Source of the DNA: Caldisphaera sp.
GTDB taxonomy: Archaea > Thermoproteota > Thermoprotei_A > Sulfolobales > Acidilobaceae
Assembly: GCF_023256325.1 (NCBI RefSeq)
Contig: NZ_JAGDXI010000006.1
Location: 47,091-111,090 of the forward strand
Reading direction: 5' to 3'
DNA length: 64,000 nucleotides
Made by a program: the position numbers and the translations under genes. Positions within the stretch are counted from its first letter, which is position 1; each line of letters opens with the position of its first letter. Shown one piece after another: positions 19,968 to 30,975 of the stretch. The notes under the pieces were generated by a model. It made no database searches. It saw nothing but the letters and a program-made list of their open reading frames with translations, and was not told the origin of the DNA.

Positions 19968-21107
19968 TTAACCATTATTACGACCTTGAGATATGATTAT
20001 GTAGACTACTATAAAAAAGGCTACTATAGACGCTATAGAAGAAAAATAATATGCATAGTAATATTTAATTTGATAAAGAAATCCCATTATAAAGTTACTA
20101 GTAAAAATACCTATACTCCTACCAAAAGTTAGCAAACCCATATTTTCTCCTATGGATTCTTTTTTTGAAAATATTGATATTATTGATGGTTCAAATGTTT
20201 CAGCAGATGCAACAGAAGCACCTAATAGGAATGCCATTGGATATATCCCTTTTATGCCAAAAGGGGATAGAAAAGCAAACCCCAAAGATGAAATAGATGC
20301 AATTAGATATCCAAGAAATCCTAATCCCATAAACTCATTAATTCTAGTTCTACTATATATGAGGCCAAAAAAGGATGAGGCTGTTAAAAAGATACCATAA
20401 CTTATAACTGCTAAATAATTTTCATGAGTAAAATGAGCTGTTGTAATTATAGGAAAGCCAAAGCTATATTGAGACAAGCCAAAAAGTGTTGTCGATATTA
20501 TCAATAAGATAATTATTTTATCATTTCCTTTAAAAATTGTTTTCCTTTTATAAGTTATTTTTCCGGCATTTGATACCGATAATAAAACTGTTGAGATAAT
20601 AATAGGTATTGAAGTTATTAATAATAAATATTCTATTGGGAACTTAAAGTATAGCAAAATGCTAGTATATGTTATTGCTAAAATAGCTCCACCTATATCA
20701 AGGCTATGAAGTATTCCAAAGGCTTTAACTCTTTCCTTTTCGCTTGTTACTTCTGTTATCATAGATCTTCTTATAGGAGACCTAAAATTCCTAAACCACC
20801 ATGGTATCATAAATATTAGTAATGCTTCCCACCAATTTTTTGAAAATCCTAATAAAGAAATAAATACTATTATTGAATTACCTAAAACAGCCATCTTTTT
20901 TCTTCCAAATCTATCTCCCATTATGCCTCCAATTAAACCCATGAAACTTCCAAGTCCATAGTTAAGTGCTTCAGCAACTCCATATAACCATATAGGAGTT
21001 TTTAGAATAATAACGAAAATTAAGGGAAACATGACTACAGCTGTTTGATATCCAAGATCCGCAAAGAATGCGGAGAAAGCTAATTTATAGACTTCTTTTG
21101 AAATCAA
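19968..21107 (-). CDS. MFS transporter
   Basis: 379 aa, 12 TM helices, loop motif GDRFGRKKM. Confidence 0.7.
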   Translation of the reverse strand: MISKEVYKLAFSAFFADLGYQTAVVMFPLIFVIILKTPIWLYGVAEALNYGLGSFMGLIGGIMGDRFGRKKMAVLGNSIIVFISLLGFSKNWWEALLIFMIPWWFRNFRSPIRRSMITEVTSEKERVKAFGILHSLDIGGAILAITYTSILLYFKFPIEYLLLITSIPIIISTVLLSVSNAGKITYKRKTIFKGNDKIIILLIISTTLFGLSQYSFGFPIITTAHFTHENYLAVISYGIFLTASSFFGLIYSRTRINEFMGLGFLGYLIASISSLGFAFLSPFGIKGIYPMAFLLGASVASAETFEPSIISIFSKKESIGENMGLLTFGRSIGIFTSNFIMGFLYQIKYYYAYYFSSIASIVAFFIVVYIIISQGRNNG

Positions 21108-21362
21108 GCTTAATTCCCAAATAAAGTAAATAAATAGGGTATATTTTATGTTTTTTATTCTAAAAACTAGATATTAAATACATAATGTTAATTTTTGTTA
21201 AGTTTGATAATATAAAGTTAAAATAATTTCCGAGCATTTTATTAATTGATAGTTCACTTATAACATGGTGGCGATGTAGATAACTTATATTAAAGATGGT
21301 CGATAACGATGATATAAGGAAAAATATTTAAACAAGATTTTTTGTAATTTATTAGGGTTAAA

Positions 21363-22754
21363 ATGGAACAAAATAACAAGTTTATTTTGGGAGTTGAAGA
21401 ATTAAACGAAATTGCAGATAAGATAGATCTTGGTTATGTCATATTAATCGCAGGTAATCCGGGAACAGGAAAAACTATTGGAGCTTCTAAAATATTGTAT
21501 GAAAATATGACAAAGCTCGGTATTAAAACAATTTATGTAAGCTTTGTCGAAACAAAAAGTGAATATTACAAAAATTTAAAGAGATTGGGTTTAGATATGG
21601 AAGAGTTAGAGAAAAAAGGTCTTTTCACTTATTTAGAAGAGATAACTTTTCTTAACAAGGATTTAATACCAGATATTCTAAATCAAATTCTCAACACAGT
21701 TGAACGAACAGGTGCGAAAATAATAGTTATAGATAGTATTTCACCCTTATTGCAAGTTACTGAAAATATAATAAGTTTAAGGGAAATATTACATAATTTC
21801 TTTTACAGATTATCGAAAATTAAAGGAATTACTACAATTTTAATCCAGGAAGTTCCTTATGGGAATGAAAATATTGGTTTTGGAGTAGAAGAATTCTTGG
21901 TTGATGCAGTAATCTTTTTGAAAACTGTTCAAATCAAAGGAAGAAGCATTAGAATTATGGAAATAAAGAAAGCTAGGGGTTCAGATGTTTCCTTAGTATC
22001 AATACCTTTTATTATTAGAAAAGATAAAGGAATTTCCGTATTGTACCCTAAAAATGTTAAAGAAAAAAGAAGTAATAAACTAATTAATGTAGTTGTAGGT
22101 AATAACAGTTTTACAATTTCATTAGGTAGTCAAAATTTAATAATTGCAAATCCAAAAATTGATATTCAAGCTCTGGCTTCATTGATAATTGTTGGTGCGG
22201 TTACTGGGACACCAAATTTATCAGAAAATATAAGACGAAAAACCATTATAAGAATGATGAGTTATACCGCTGAAGAATTTTCAAGTCAGATAAAGAATTG
22301 CTTACTAAATGCTGGTATAGATAAAAATAAAGTTGATGAATTATTAAAAAGTTATATAATAGATGGCATAGATGCTAATAAATATTCATTGACAGAGTAT
22401 TTTGATCATGTTAATGAAATTGAAGAAATGGAAAAACCAGCATTTGTCTTAAATATCGGTCTAGATGCTTTAATTCAATTATTAGCTGACAATGAGATAT
22501 ATCCTAGACTTGAATTAGATGCAATGATTAGAAGAATCAATAATAATATAACAACTCTTTACCTAATGAACGGTAATATAAAAGACTATTATAGTATTCC
22601 TTTGGGAGAAGAATACGATAACGTTTGGTATTTTTATCCTTATAAAGAAAATAGATTAATAATAAAGCCCTTTAGGCTTAAAATGAAAATCTTCGCTAGT
22701 GAAAAATATACTATAAATTTAAGTAGCATTAAATGTTTATCCCGTATAATTTAA
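21363..22754 (+). CDS. KaiC/RecA-superfamily ATPase with a C-terminal domain lacking a P-loop
   Basis: 463 aa. Walker A IAGNPGTGKT, Walker B IIVIDSISPL in residues ~1-235. Residues ~240-463 have no Walker motif. Confidence 0.6.
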   Translation: MEQNNKFILGVEELNEIADKIDLGYVILIAGNPGTGKTIGASKILYENMTKLGIKTIYVSFVETKSEYYKNLKRLGLDMEELEKKGLFTYLEEITFLNKDLIPDILNQILNTVERTGAKIIVIDSISPLLQVTENIISLREILHNFFYRLSKIKGITTILIQEVPYGNENIGFGVEEFLVDAVIFLKTVQIKGRSIRIMEIKKARGSDVSLVSIPFIIRKDKGISVLYPKNVKEKRSNKLINVVVGNNSFTISLGSQNLIIANPKIDIQALASLIIVGAVTGTPNLSENIRRKTIIRMMSYTAEEFSSQIKNCLLNAGIDKNKVDELLKSYIIDGIDANKYSLTEYFDHVNEIEEMEKPAFVLNIGLDALIQLLADNEIYPRLELDAMIRRINNNITTLYLMNGNIKDYYSIPLGEEYDNVWYFYPYKENRLIIKPFRLKMKIFASEKYTINLSSIKCLSRII

Positions 22755-22766
22755 AAAATAAAAAAA

Positions 22767-24308
22767 TTATGAACTTAATACTCCCCATGGCAAGAATATA
22801 AAAACTGAAACTATAGCAACTATTATTGTTGATGGTATAAAGCCTATTATATTTAATGCGCCATCACTACCTATATATGTCATAATTAATATGAATATAA
22901 GATAAACAACATACCATATAGATTTTTTAAAATCTCCTTTAACTTTAAATATAAATCCGAATACAATAGAGGCAATAATTCCTATAGCAATTGCGTATGG
23001 AACAGATGGCCATCCGCTCCAAAAAGCAATTAATGAAGCAGAAATAAAAGCCAAACCACTCCATAGCCAACCAACAGGCAATCTATAATTATTTGGAGTT
23101 AATCCTTTCCTTCTAGCTGAAAGCATAGCAACTGGTAGAGTAGCAAAAGCTAGATAACCGCCAACTACGGCATCTTCCAATAAAGAATAAATTGCATGGA
23201 TAGGTGCTGTTAGAAAAGTTAATATTGCGCCTATTATTGCAAATACTATCAAAGACCAATATGGTATAGCATATGTTTCGCTTACTTCCTTTAATTTTTC
23301 TGGCATATATCCAGATCTGGCCATAGCAAAAACTACTCTGGTTCCACCACCTAAATATATATATCCTGTTACAAAAGGACCAAGTATAGCAACGATTAAT
23401 ATTAAGAACAATGATATGTTGGAATGAATAGCAGATGAAATATCAACAAAAGGATTACCTGGTAAATTAGATATGGAAGTCCAGTCGCCTGGTTTAAAGC
23501 CAAAAGAATCCCATTTTATACCTCCAACAAAAACTATTGAAAATAATATATAAATAATAGTTTGCCCAATAACTACTAAAATTATAGCTTTTCCCAAGAA
23601 ATTTTTATCTTTTACTTCTTCTGCAAAATCTGGTATAACTCTTATTCCACCATATGCAAACATAGCCAAAGGTATTGCATAAAATATTCCTGTGAAACCA
23701 TATGGAATAAATCCTCCGGGTAGAGATGTGAAGTTCTTAGCCGAGAAAAACACAAAAGAAATTGATAAAGCTGCAACAATATATAGTATTAATTTAAAAA
23801 TGCCTAATCCTAATGTAGATTTTCCAAATACCTTAACACCATAATAATTAAATGGAACAAATAAAAGCAACAAGATAGTGCCAACAATAGCTCCTAGAGG
23901 TGTTGGTATTGTAGAATTTGGAACCAATAGTTTTGGAAAGAAATACGCCAATCCTTCAACAGTTGCTAAAGCTTCTATTGGAGGAATAAAAAGATACCAA
24001 ACTAAGTTCATAAATGATGATAATAGATTTAAAGTGTTTCCATGCGTATATAAGGGATACCTTGCAGGTCCTCCCGCTTCTGGCCATACTAATGATAACT
24101 CAATAATTGGAATGGCAATAAATGTATAAAATAGTGCTCCAATAATCCATGAAATAATTAATGATGGTCCTGCATATCCAGCCATTCCGGCAGTTGAAAA
24201 TAATACTCCAGTACCAACAGCTCCTACTACGCCTGCTATAAATATTTCCAAAAAAGATAATTCCTTTTTGAGGCTTGTACTTTTGTTTGGACTCTCTTTA
24301 TCATCCAA
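22767..24308 (-). CDS. Amino acid/polyamine (APC superfamily) permease
   Basis: 513 aa, about 12-14 TM helices, APC-like N-terminal GAVGTGVLF motif. Confidence 0.8.
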   Translation of the reverse strand: MDDKESPNKSTSLKKELSFLEIFIAGVVGAVGTGVLFSTAGMAGYAGPSLIISWIIGALFYTFIAIPIIELSLVWPEAGGPARYPLYTHGNTLNLLSSFMNLVWYLFIPPIEALATVEGLAYFFPKLLVPNSTIPTPLGAIVGTILLLLFVPFNYYGVKVFGKSTLGLGIFKLILYIVAALSISFVFFSAKNFTSLPGGFIPYGFTGIFYAIPLAMFAYGGIRVIPDFAEEVKDKNFLGKAIILVVIGQTIIYILFSIVFVGGIKWDSFGFKPGDWTSISNLPGNPFVDISSAIHSNISLFLILIVAILGPFVTGYIYLGGGTRVVFAMARSGYMPEKLKEVSETYAIPYWSLIVFAIIGAILTFLTAPIHAIYSLLEDAVVGGYLAFATLPVAMLSARRKGLTPNNYRLPVGWLWSGLAFISASLIAFWSGWPSVPYAIAIGIIASIVFGFIFKVKGDFKKSIWYVVYLIFILIMTYIGSDGALNIIGFIPSTIIVAIVSVFIFLPWGVLSS

Positions 24309-24645
24309 ACAAAATCACCTAATTAAACCATTCTTTAAAGAGTATAAATTTCTTATGCATAATATATTAATAAAAATTTTATTTAACCTATTTGATTAAT
24401 TAAGTTTTTATTAGTGATAATGTTTTCCTTATTTTTTAAGAATTTTATAAAAACTTATGTTATAAAAAATTTAAATTAATTCACTATAAATTATTCTAAA
24501 ATGATTATAAATACTTTATAAAATAATATGCTTGATCACAGCTAAAGCAAGTTAATACTTTATTGAAATAGTAAATGTAATCTTTAATAATATTATGAAT
24601 AAATAACGAAGCTTTTTATTGATTATTTGTTGCTTTATTAAAAAA

Positions 24646-25488
24646 TTATTCTTCCATGAATTTCTTTTTATCTTCATTGTTTTTCATACCCCAATATTTT
24701 TCAGGGAACTTACCACTTTCTACTTCGGTTTTATAATTTAATATAGCTTCTTTTATTACTGATTTTAAATCTACATACTTTTTTGCAAACTCAGGGGAAT
24801 AGTCTCCGAGACCTAATAAATCATTTATAACCATTATTTGACCATCACAATATGGTCCGCTACCAATACAAATAGTTGGTATTGAAATTTTTTCTGTTAT
24901 TTTTTTAGCAACTTCATATGCTGTATATTCAATAACTAGAGAAAAAATGCCTGAATCTTCTAATTGAAGAGCATCATTAAGTATTTCTTTAGCCTCACTA
25001 TAGGTTTTCCCTAAAAGCCTATATCCACCAATCTGTTTGTGTTTTTGAGGTGTTAATCCTATATGACCCATGACAGGAATACCTGAATTTACAATACCTT
25101 TTATTATTTCTTTATATTCACTACCGCCTTCAAGTTTAACAGCATCAGAACCAATCCTGAGAAAGCGTGATGCATTTAATATAGCTTTCTCTTTGTTATA
25201 TTCATAGCTCATAAACGGCATATCTGATACAACCAGGGCATTCGGTTTAGCGTTGCATACAGCTTTTGTATGAATAAGCATTTCGGCCATTGAAACCTGT
25301 AAAGTTGATGGATATCCTAGGACTACCATACCTAATGAATCACCGACTAATATTATATCAACCCCTGTTTCATCAACTATTTTTGTTGTTGGATAATCGT
25401 AGCTCGTTATAGCTACAATTTTTTTATTACCTTTCATTTTTAAAATGTCTCTAATCGTTATCTTTTTTCTCTCCATATGTTCACCCAT
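24646..25488 (-). CDS. panB: 3-methyl-2-oxobutanoate hydroxymethyltransferase
   Basis: 280 aa. ITSYDYPT, ILVGDSLGMVVLGY, VKLEGG motifs. The true start may be the internal Met at 25476. Confidence 0.9.
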   Translation of the reverse strand: MGEHMERKKITIRDILKMKGNKKIVAITSYDYPTTKIVDETGVDIILVGDSLGMVVLGYPSTLQVSMAEMLIHTKAVCNAKPNALVVSDMPFMSYEYNKEKAILNASRFLRIGSDAVKLEGGSEYKEIIKGIVNSGIPVMGHIGLTPQKHKQIGGYRLLGKTYSEAKEILNDALQLEDSGIFSLVIEYTAYEVAKKITEKISIPTICIGSGPYCDGQIMVINDLLGLGDYSPEFAKKYVDLKSVIKEAILNYKTEVESGKFPEKYWGMKNNEDKKKFMEE

Positions 25489-26404
25489 TTAATATGGAAT
25501 CACAAAGTCTATTATTTTCTTTTAAAAGATCTTTCATGACCATAACTGATTTATAGGCAAAATAATTATATTTTGCTTGATATCCTATTTTTCTCGCAAT
25601 TTTATATAAAGCTAAATTAATGTAATCGAGCTCAGTTTTTCTTTTATTTGAACAAAGATCTTGAATGGTCGAATTATAGTTGTTGTATGTAAATTTTATT
25701 GTGTTTTTTAATTCTATAATAGGATCATTAGCTAAGCTTATCTTAAATAAAGAAGCTATTTTTTTAGATTCATTGGCTATATGAAGTGATAAATTATAAG
25801 CATTTTTGTTTTCCAATATAAATCCGTTCTTTTTTAAATATAACGATGCGACTGGGTTTATGGCAGAATTAACAATAACCTTCTCCCATCTGTAGGGTTC
25901 TATATTATCAACAAGCTCTGTCTTAACATCTTTTATTGCCAAGTTTTTAAATTCTTCTCTGCAATCTCTATTTTTGCATCCAATGATTAATTTGGATCCT
26001 CCATTAAATATTGAATGGCACTTCTTAATTTTATTAAGTCCATAATAAATTATCATTGAACCAGATTTATAGTATTTTTCAAGCTTTTCTAAAGAATATA
26101 AACCATTTTGAGTTGATAATGCGTAATCTGAATTAATATATTTTCTCGCAATTTTTATAGATTTTTCTAAATCATATGCTTTTACTGCAAAAATTAAATA
26201 ATCAAATTTTTGTCCTTTAATTTCCTTATAATTGCAAACTTTAATTTCTTCTTCACCTATATTTTCTACTATTACTTTTTGTTTTTTACATCCTTTTGTT
26301 TTCTCAATTATGGTGATTTCATGACCTGAACGATTCAAAATAATTGATAGAAAACTTCCTATTGCTCCGCATCCAATGATTCCAATTTTCAAGTTTATCC
26401 CCAA
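25481..26404 (-). CDS. panE: 2-dehydropantoate 2-reductase (ApbA/PanE family)
   Basis: 307 aa. Rossmann IGIIGCGAIGSF. Overlaps the panB start, so it forms an operon with panB. Confidence 0.75.
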   Translation of the reverse strand: MGINLKIGIIGCGAIGSFLSIILNRSGHEITIIEKTKGCKKQKVIVENIGEEEIKVCNYKEIKGQKFDYLIFAVKAYDLEKSIKIARKYINSDYALSTQNGLYSLEKLEKYYKSGSMIIYYGLNKIKKCHSIFNGGSKLIIGCKNRDCREEFKNLAIKDVKTELVDNIEPYRWEKVIVNSAINPVASLYLKKNGFILENKNAYNLSLHIANESKKIASLFKISLANDPIIELKNTIKFTYNNYNSTIQDLCSNKRKTELDYINLALYKIARKIGYQAKYNYFAYKSVMVMKDLLKENNRLCDSILNG

Positions 26405-26553
26405 TACCTTAATATTATTTATCTAAAATATATTTAAAAATAAATTCTATTTATCGAATTAAAAATAACAATTAAATTATAATAATTTAATAAAATATCT
26501 TTATTAAGTCAAAATTGCATATATAGACATGAAATTAATAAGAGGTCGAATTA

Positions 26554-27219
26554 ATGATAATATTAGACTTATCGATAAAAAGTAATTGTAGTCTATCAAA
26601 AATGGCTCATGATTTTAATGGAGAGGTTTTGTCTTTTTCAGTATCGCAATTTAGCAAAGGCATGAACTCAATAATTGCCTTCGTAACTTTAAAAGAAAAA
26701 AATCAAGAAACTTTAATGAAGTCATGGAAGAAAAGATATGGAGATTTTTCATATTTAAATTGGGATAAGATAGGTGAAAAAAGTATCTTATTTAATGGAT
26801 TAAAAGAAGGTCATGGAATAGTAAAAACATTAATTGAATATAAAGGAGCTTTGATAACTCCAACCATTGCTGGAGATGGGTATGAAAGATTTTTGATCTT
26901 AATAAAAAATAAAAAGGATATAGATTACATAATTAAAGATATATCTCGCAATAATAATGTAATCAATTTTAATTATAATGATGTAAATATGAAGTCTCTT
27001 TTATCTTGGATTTCAAAAATGATAATAGAAGCAAGTAATATTAATAATAGAGAATATGAAATTTTGTCCAAAGCATATAATTATGGTTATTTTTCTTGGC
27101 CTAAAGAAATAAATTTAGAAGAATTAAGCTTAAAATTAGGTGTTTCTCAGCCGACAATTATATATCATATTAGAAATGCAATAAATAAAATACTTAGCAA
27201 TATTTTGTCTGATTCCTAA
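26554..27219 (+). CDS. HTH_10 (bacterio-opsin activator-like) transcriptional regulator
   Basis: 221 aa. C-terminal REYEILSKAYNYGYFSWPKEINLEELSLKLGVSQPTIIYHIRNAINKIL matches the HTH_10 pattern. Confidence 0.6.
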   Translation: MIILDLSIKSNCSLSKMAHDFNGEVLSFSVSQFSKGMNSIIAFVTLKEKNQETLMKSWKKRYGDFSYLNWDKIGEKSILFNGLKEGHGIVKTLIEYKGALITPTIAGDGYERFLILIKNKKDIDYIIKDISRNNNVINFNYNDVNMKSLLSWISKMIIEASNINNREYEILSKAYNYGYFSWPKEINLEELSLKLGVSQPTIIYHIRNAINKILSNILSDS

Positions 27220-28347
27220 TTAGATAATCCCTTTTTTCTTTAGCGTAATGATCTCATCATCATTATATCCTAACTCCTTAAGAATTTCATATGTATATTC
27301 TCCTAAGCTTGGCACTTTTGTACTTTTTATGATATTAATTAAAGGTGGTGTAGGAACTTTTAGCTCTCTTTCATTATAAAATATTTTGATCATTTTTTCC
27401 GATGCATGAGGATCTTGAAGTAGATCCCATGGTTTGTTCAATATTGAGTATCCTATGTTATTTTTATCAAATATATTTATAAGTTCATTAGCATTAAATT
27501 TTTTTATTTCATTTTGTAGGTATGGTATTAAGAAACTTCTATTTTTATATCTATCCTCATTTTTCTTAAATTTTTCATCATAACAAATATCTAAATTGAG
27601 AGATTTACAGAAATCTATCCATTGCTTATCTGTTGTTACTGCAACAAAAATTTTTTTATTATCTTTGGTCTCAAAAAAATCGTATATGCCCCATGCAAAT
27701 CCTTCTTCATTTATAGGTAAAATAGGCCTACCTAAAACTTGATATGTTGATATATGTTGGCCTACAAAAAACATTGCTGTTTCGAACAATCCAACATCTA
27801 CTATCCCTCCTAATCCTGTTTTTTCTCTTTCTAAAAGTTTTTGTAAAACTCCAATTACTGCAAACATAGCAGCTCCTATATCAACAATAGATGCCCCTAA
27901 TCTTAATGGTCTATCTTTGAGTCCTGTCATGTAGGCTAGGCCGCTATGTACTTCAATTGGATAGTCTAAAGATTTTCTATTTTCATATTTTCCATAACCA
28001 TAGGCCTTAATTGACGCATAAACGATTCTTGGATTAATTTTTTTAATTTCGTCATATCCTAAGCCAGCCTTATCTAAAGCACCTCTTGCTAGATTATCTA
28101 TGAGCACATCTGAAGTCTTTATCAATTTTTTAAAAACTTCTCTACCTTCATCTCTAAATATATCAAGTGTCATGCTTTTCTTGCCCCAATTTAGGTACGG
28201 AAAAGTACCTGAACTACTTCCAGGTAATCTTCTAGATATGTCACCTTCATTTGGTTTTTCGATTTTTATTAATTCAAATCCTAATGAATATAGAATTAAT
28301 CCTGCTGTAGGCCCAGCAACTATATGCCCAATTTCTAATGCTCTCAT
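27220..28347 (-). CDS. Family III (CaiB/BaiF) CoA-transferase
   Basis: 375 aa. N-terminal GHIVAGPTAGLILYSLGFELIKIEKP and a conserved Asp region (ASIVDIGAAM). Confidence 0.8.
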   Translation of the reverse strand: MRALEIGHIVAGPTAGLILYSLGFELIKIEKPNEGDISRRLPGSSSGTFPYLNWGKKSMTLDIFRDEGREVFKKLIKTSDVLIDNLARGALDKAGLGYDEIKKINPRIVYASIKAYGYGKYENRKSLDYPIEVHSGLAYMTGLKDRPLRLGASIVDIGAAMFAVIGVLQKLLEREKTGLGGIVDVGLFETAMFFVGQHISTYQVLGRPILPINEEGFAWGIYDFFETKDNKKIFVAVTTDKQWIDFCKSLNLDICYDEKFKKNEDRYKNRSFLIPYLQNEIKKFNANELINIFDKNNIGYSILNKPWDLLQDPHASEKMIKIFYNERELKVPTPPLINIIKSTKVPSLGEYTYEILKELGYNDDEIITLKKKGII

Positions 28348-28349
28348 TT

Positions 28350-29393
28350 TTACACCTCTTTAGATAATTTTAAAACTTCATTGTATGTAAGAGCTCTACC
28401 TTCATTTACGCTTATATCCTTCACTAGGTTTACTAATTTGGTTAACTTTTCTTCACTTAAATTAACACCGTATTTTTCTAATATTTTTTTGATTAAGCTT
28501 TTGCCAGCATAGACATTTACAGAAAACAATTCTTGAGTAAATACTGAGGTAAATGATGCATGCGTTCCAGCTGTCATCGTTTTTGTATTTATGCCTACTA
28601 TTGGAAAATTATAATAAAAGAACTTATATCCAATTTTGTTTAAAATTAATTCTCCTACATATTTATACAAATTTTGCAAGCCTTCTTCACTTAAATCTAA
28701 TTTATACCCTTCTTCTTTTAATGCATTATACATTACGTATAAATCTGCTATGCCATTTCTTTCACCTATGCCATAAACTGTTACCGATACAGAAGATGCA
28801 CCCTCTTCTATAGCAGCTAAGCAATTAGTTACAGCAAGCCCATAATCATTATGGCAGTGAACTTCTATATCGATGTTATTTTTTAAAGATTCTATAGCTT
28901 CCTTTATTAGGTTTCTCATAAATTTAGGATTGGCGTTTCCTGTAGTATCGGGTAACTGAACCTTTTTTAATCCAATCTCATTAAGTTTTTTCAATATATC
29001 TATGATTAAAGATTTGTTATCAACAATATTAACTAATGCTACTGAAGTCAATTCATCTTTTTTTATGGCATATTTTATATCTTCGATAACACTATCTATG
29101 TTATTATATTTAAATGGTAGATGCAATGCAATATGAGCTCCCGTGCTAAGAATTTCATCGATATCCTTTTTTATGGCTCTTCCTAATCCATAGGTATTTT
29201 TTATCAATTTTTTATCAATTATTTCTTCAGTAATTTTCTTTTCGGACCAATGAGCTGAAGGATAGCTTACAATAGCATTTTCTATACCTGACTTACCTAA
29301 TAAATCAGCTATTTTTAATTTTTCCTCCATTTTGAAGGAAATTCCTGGAGATTGAAGCCCCTCTCTTAACGTATCATCTATTAACTGAACCAA
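28350..29393 (-). CDS. HMGL-like (pyruvate carboxyltransferase TIM-barrel) lyase/synthase
   Basis: 347 aa. DDTLREGLQSPG (the GLQ variant typical of HMG-CoA lyases), HCHNDYGLAVTN, GIGERNG. 2-nt gap to the CoA-transferase gene. Confidence 0.7.
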   Translation of the reverse strand: MVQLIDDTLREGLQSPGISFKMEEKLKIADLLGKSGIENAIVSYPSAHWSEKKITEEIIDKKLIKNTYGLGRAIKKDIDEILSTGAHIALHLPFKYNNIDSVIEDIKYAIKKDELTSVALVNIVDNKSLIIDILKKLNEIGLKKVQLPDTTGNANPKFMRNLIKEAIESLKNNIDIEVHCHNDYGLAVTNCLAAIEEGASSVSVTVYGIGERNGIADLYVMYNALKEEGYKLDLSEEGLQNLYKYVGELILNKIGYKFFYYNFPIVGINTKTMTAGTHASFTSVFTQELFSVNVYAGKSLIKKILEKYGVNLSEEKLTKLVNLVKDISVNEGRALTYNEVLKLSKEV

Positions 29394-29496
29394 TTTTTAT
29401 CCCACATTTAATTTTTATTTATCAGCTATTTGCTTTACATAAAAAGGGTTTTATATAACTGTTATTAAGATTAAAATTCAAATATGAATACATTAG

Positions 29497-30855
29497 GTGA
29501 TGAAATTGGGTATGAGCTCAAATAAGCATTCTATTGCAGCAAGATTAGATAGGATACCATGGACAAGTTTGCATACTAAGTTATTGATATTATTAAGTTT
29601 AGGAGAATTTTTTGATCTATACGATTTAATAGCCGGGGGTTTTACAGTTGCTCCAATACACCTTTATTATCACGTAAGCATTTCCACATCAATATTTTAT
29701 ACAATAGCAATATTCTTTTTAGGAGCATTTATTGGAGTAATTTTGTTAGGTTATATAGGAGATTATCTTGGAAGAAGGACAGTTATATTAATAAATATGG
29801 CAATAATGAGTTTAGCTTACTTGCTAACACCATTTTCTCCTAACATTTACGTATTAGGTGCTTTAAGGTTTTTAGCGGGCTTTGGAGCAGGACCAGAGGC
29901 AATATTGGTAGTTGATATTATGTCAACTGAGTTTTTCCAACCTTCTATAAGAGGTAACAGATTAGCAATAGCATATACTATAGCATGGCTAGCTCCTTTA
30001 GTTGTAGCAGGTATAGCAGTATTTGTATTACCAACTCATTGGCAATGGATATTTTGGATAGGTGGGTTAGGAATTCTATCAATAATTCCTTTGAGATTTA
30101 TGATACCAGAATCGCCAAGATGGTTAGAAGTTCATGGAAAATATGACGAGGCCGACAAAATAGTATCTAAATTCGAAGAGCAAGCTATAAAAGAAGGTAA
30201 AAAGTTACCTGAACCTATCGAAGTTGAAGTAATAAAAACTAAGAAAGTACCTTTAAGTGATGCTTTTAAAGGGCCATATCTGAAAAGAATGATAATGCTT
30301 ATAATTTTCCAGTTTTTCCAAGCTGCAGTTTATTATGGTTTTACTTCACTCGCACCAACAGTTCTTTATGAAAAAGGTTTTACATTTGCAAAATCAACAA
30401 CAATGACTTTTGTAATTTATACCGGTTACTTTATAGGTTCGGTCATATCTATATTTGTTATAGAAAAGTTATTTGATAGAAAATGGCAAATAGTCACGTA
30501 TATAATATTGGCAGGAATATTTGGAGTTTTGTTTGGATACTCTAAAAGTGTTGCCCTATTAGAAACAACTGGATTTTTGTTAGCTACTTTCTTAAATCTG
30601 TTTTCTAATACATATCATTTGTATATGGCAGAAATACTTCCAACAAGAGTAAGGGCTGCTGCTGACGGGCTTCAATATAGTATAAGCAGGCTAGGTACTT
30701 TTATATTGTTAACTATGCTTGGTTCAATATTAGTATCATTAGGTCCATCTGCCCTATTTTTAGTAACATTTGTATTTTCATTAATAGTAGGTATTGACAT
30801 TGCTATATTAGGGCCTAAAGTAACGGGCCAGAAGGTTGAGGTAGTTGCTAAATAA
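29497..30855 (+). CDS. MFS metabolite:H+ symporter (sugar-porter-like)
   Basis: 452 aa, 12 TM helices. GDYLGRRT and PESPRWL motifs. GTG start. Confidence 0.8.
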   Translation: MMKLGMSSNKHSIAARLDRIPWTSLHTKLLILLSLGEFFDLYDLIAGGFTVAPIHLYYHVSISTSIFYTIAIFFLGAFIGVILLGYIGDYLGRRTVILINMAIMSLAYLLTPFSPNIYVLGALRFLAGFGAGPEAILVVDIMSTEFFQPSIRGNRLAIAYTIAWLAPLVVAGIAVFVLPTHWQWIFWIGGLGILSIIPLRFMIPESPRWLEVHGKYDEADKIVSKFEEQAIKEGKKLPEPIEVEVIKTKKVPLSDAFKGPYLKRMIMLIIFQFFQAAVYYGFTSLAPTVLYEKGFTFAKSTTMTFVIYTGYFIGSVISIFVIEKLFDRKWQIVTYIILAGIFGVLFGYSKSVALLETTGFLLATFLNLFSNTYHLYMAEILPTRVRAAADGLQYSISRLGTFILLTMLGSILVSLGPSALFLVTFVFSLIVGIDIAILGPKVTGQKVEVVAK

Positions 30856-30975
30856 TTTATTTTTAAATTTTATAATTTTTAGTGATTTTAATAATTCATA
30901 AATACTTTTATTTTTAAATTATTTTTGTATGTAAACTTTTTATATTTCCCATATATATTTAAGGTTGGTGTATTT

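Noticed and set aside
30925-30975. N-terminal extension of the UbiD ORF (MYVNFLYFPYIFKVGVF).
   Set aside because: It is a hydrophobic, non-conserved-looking extension. UbiD proteins begin like MDQLRDLRSYIEWLE, so the start was moved to 30976.
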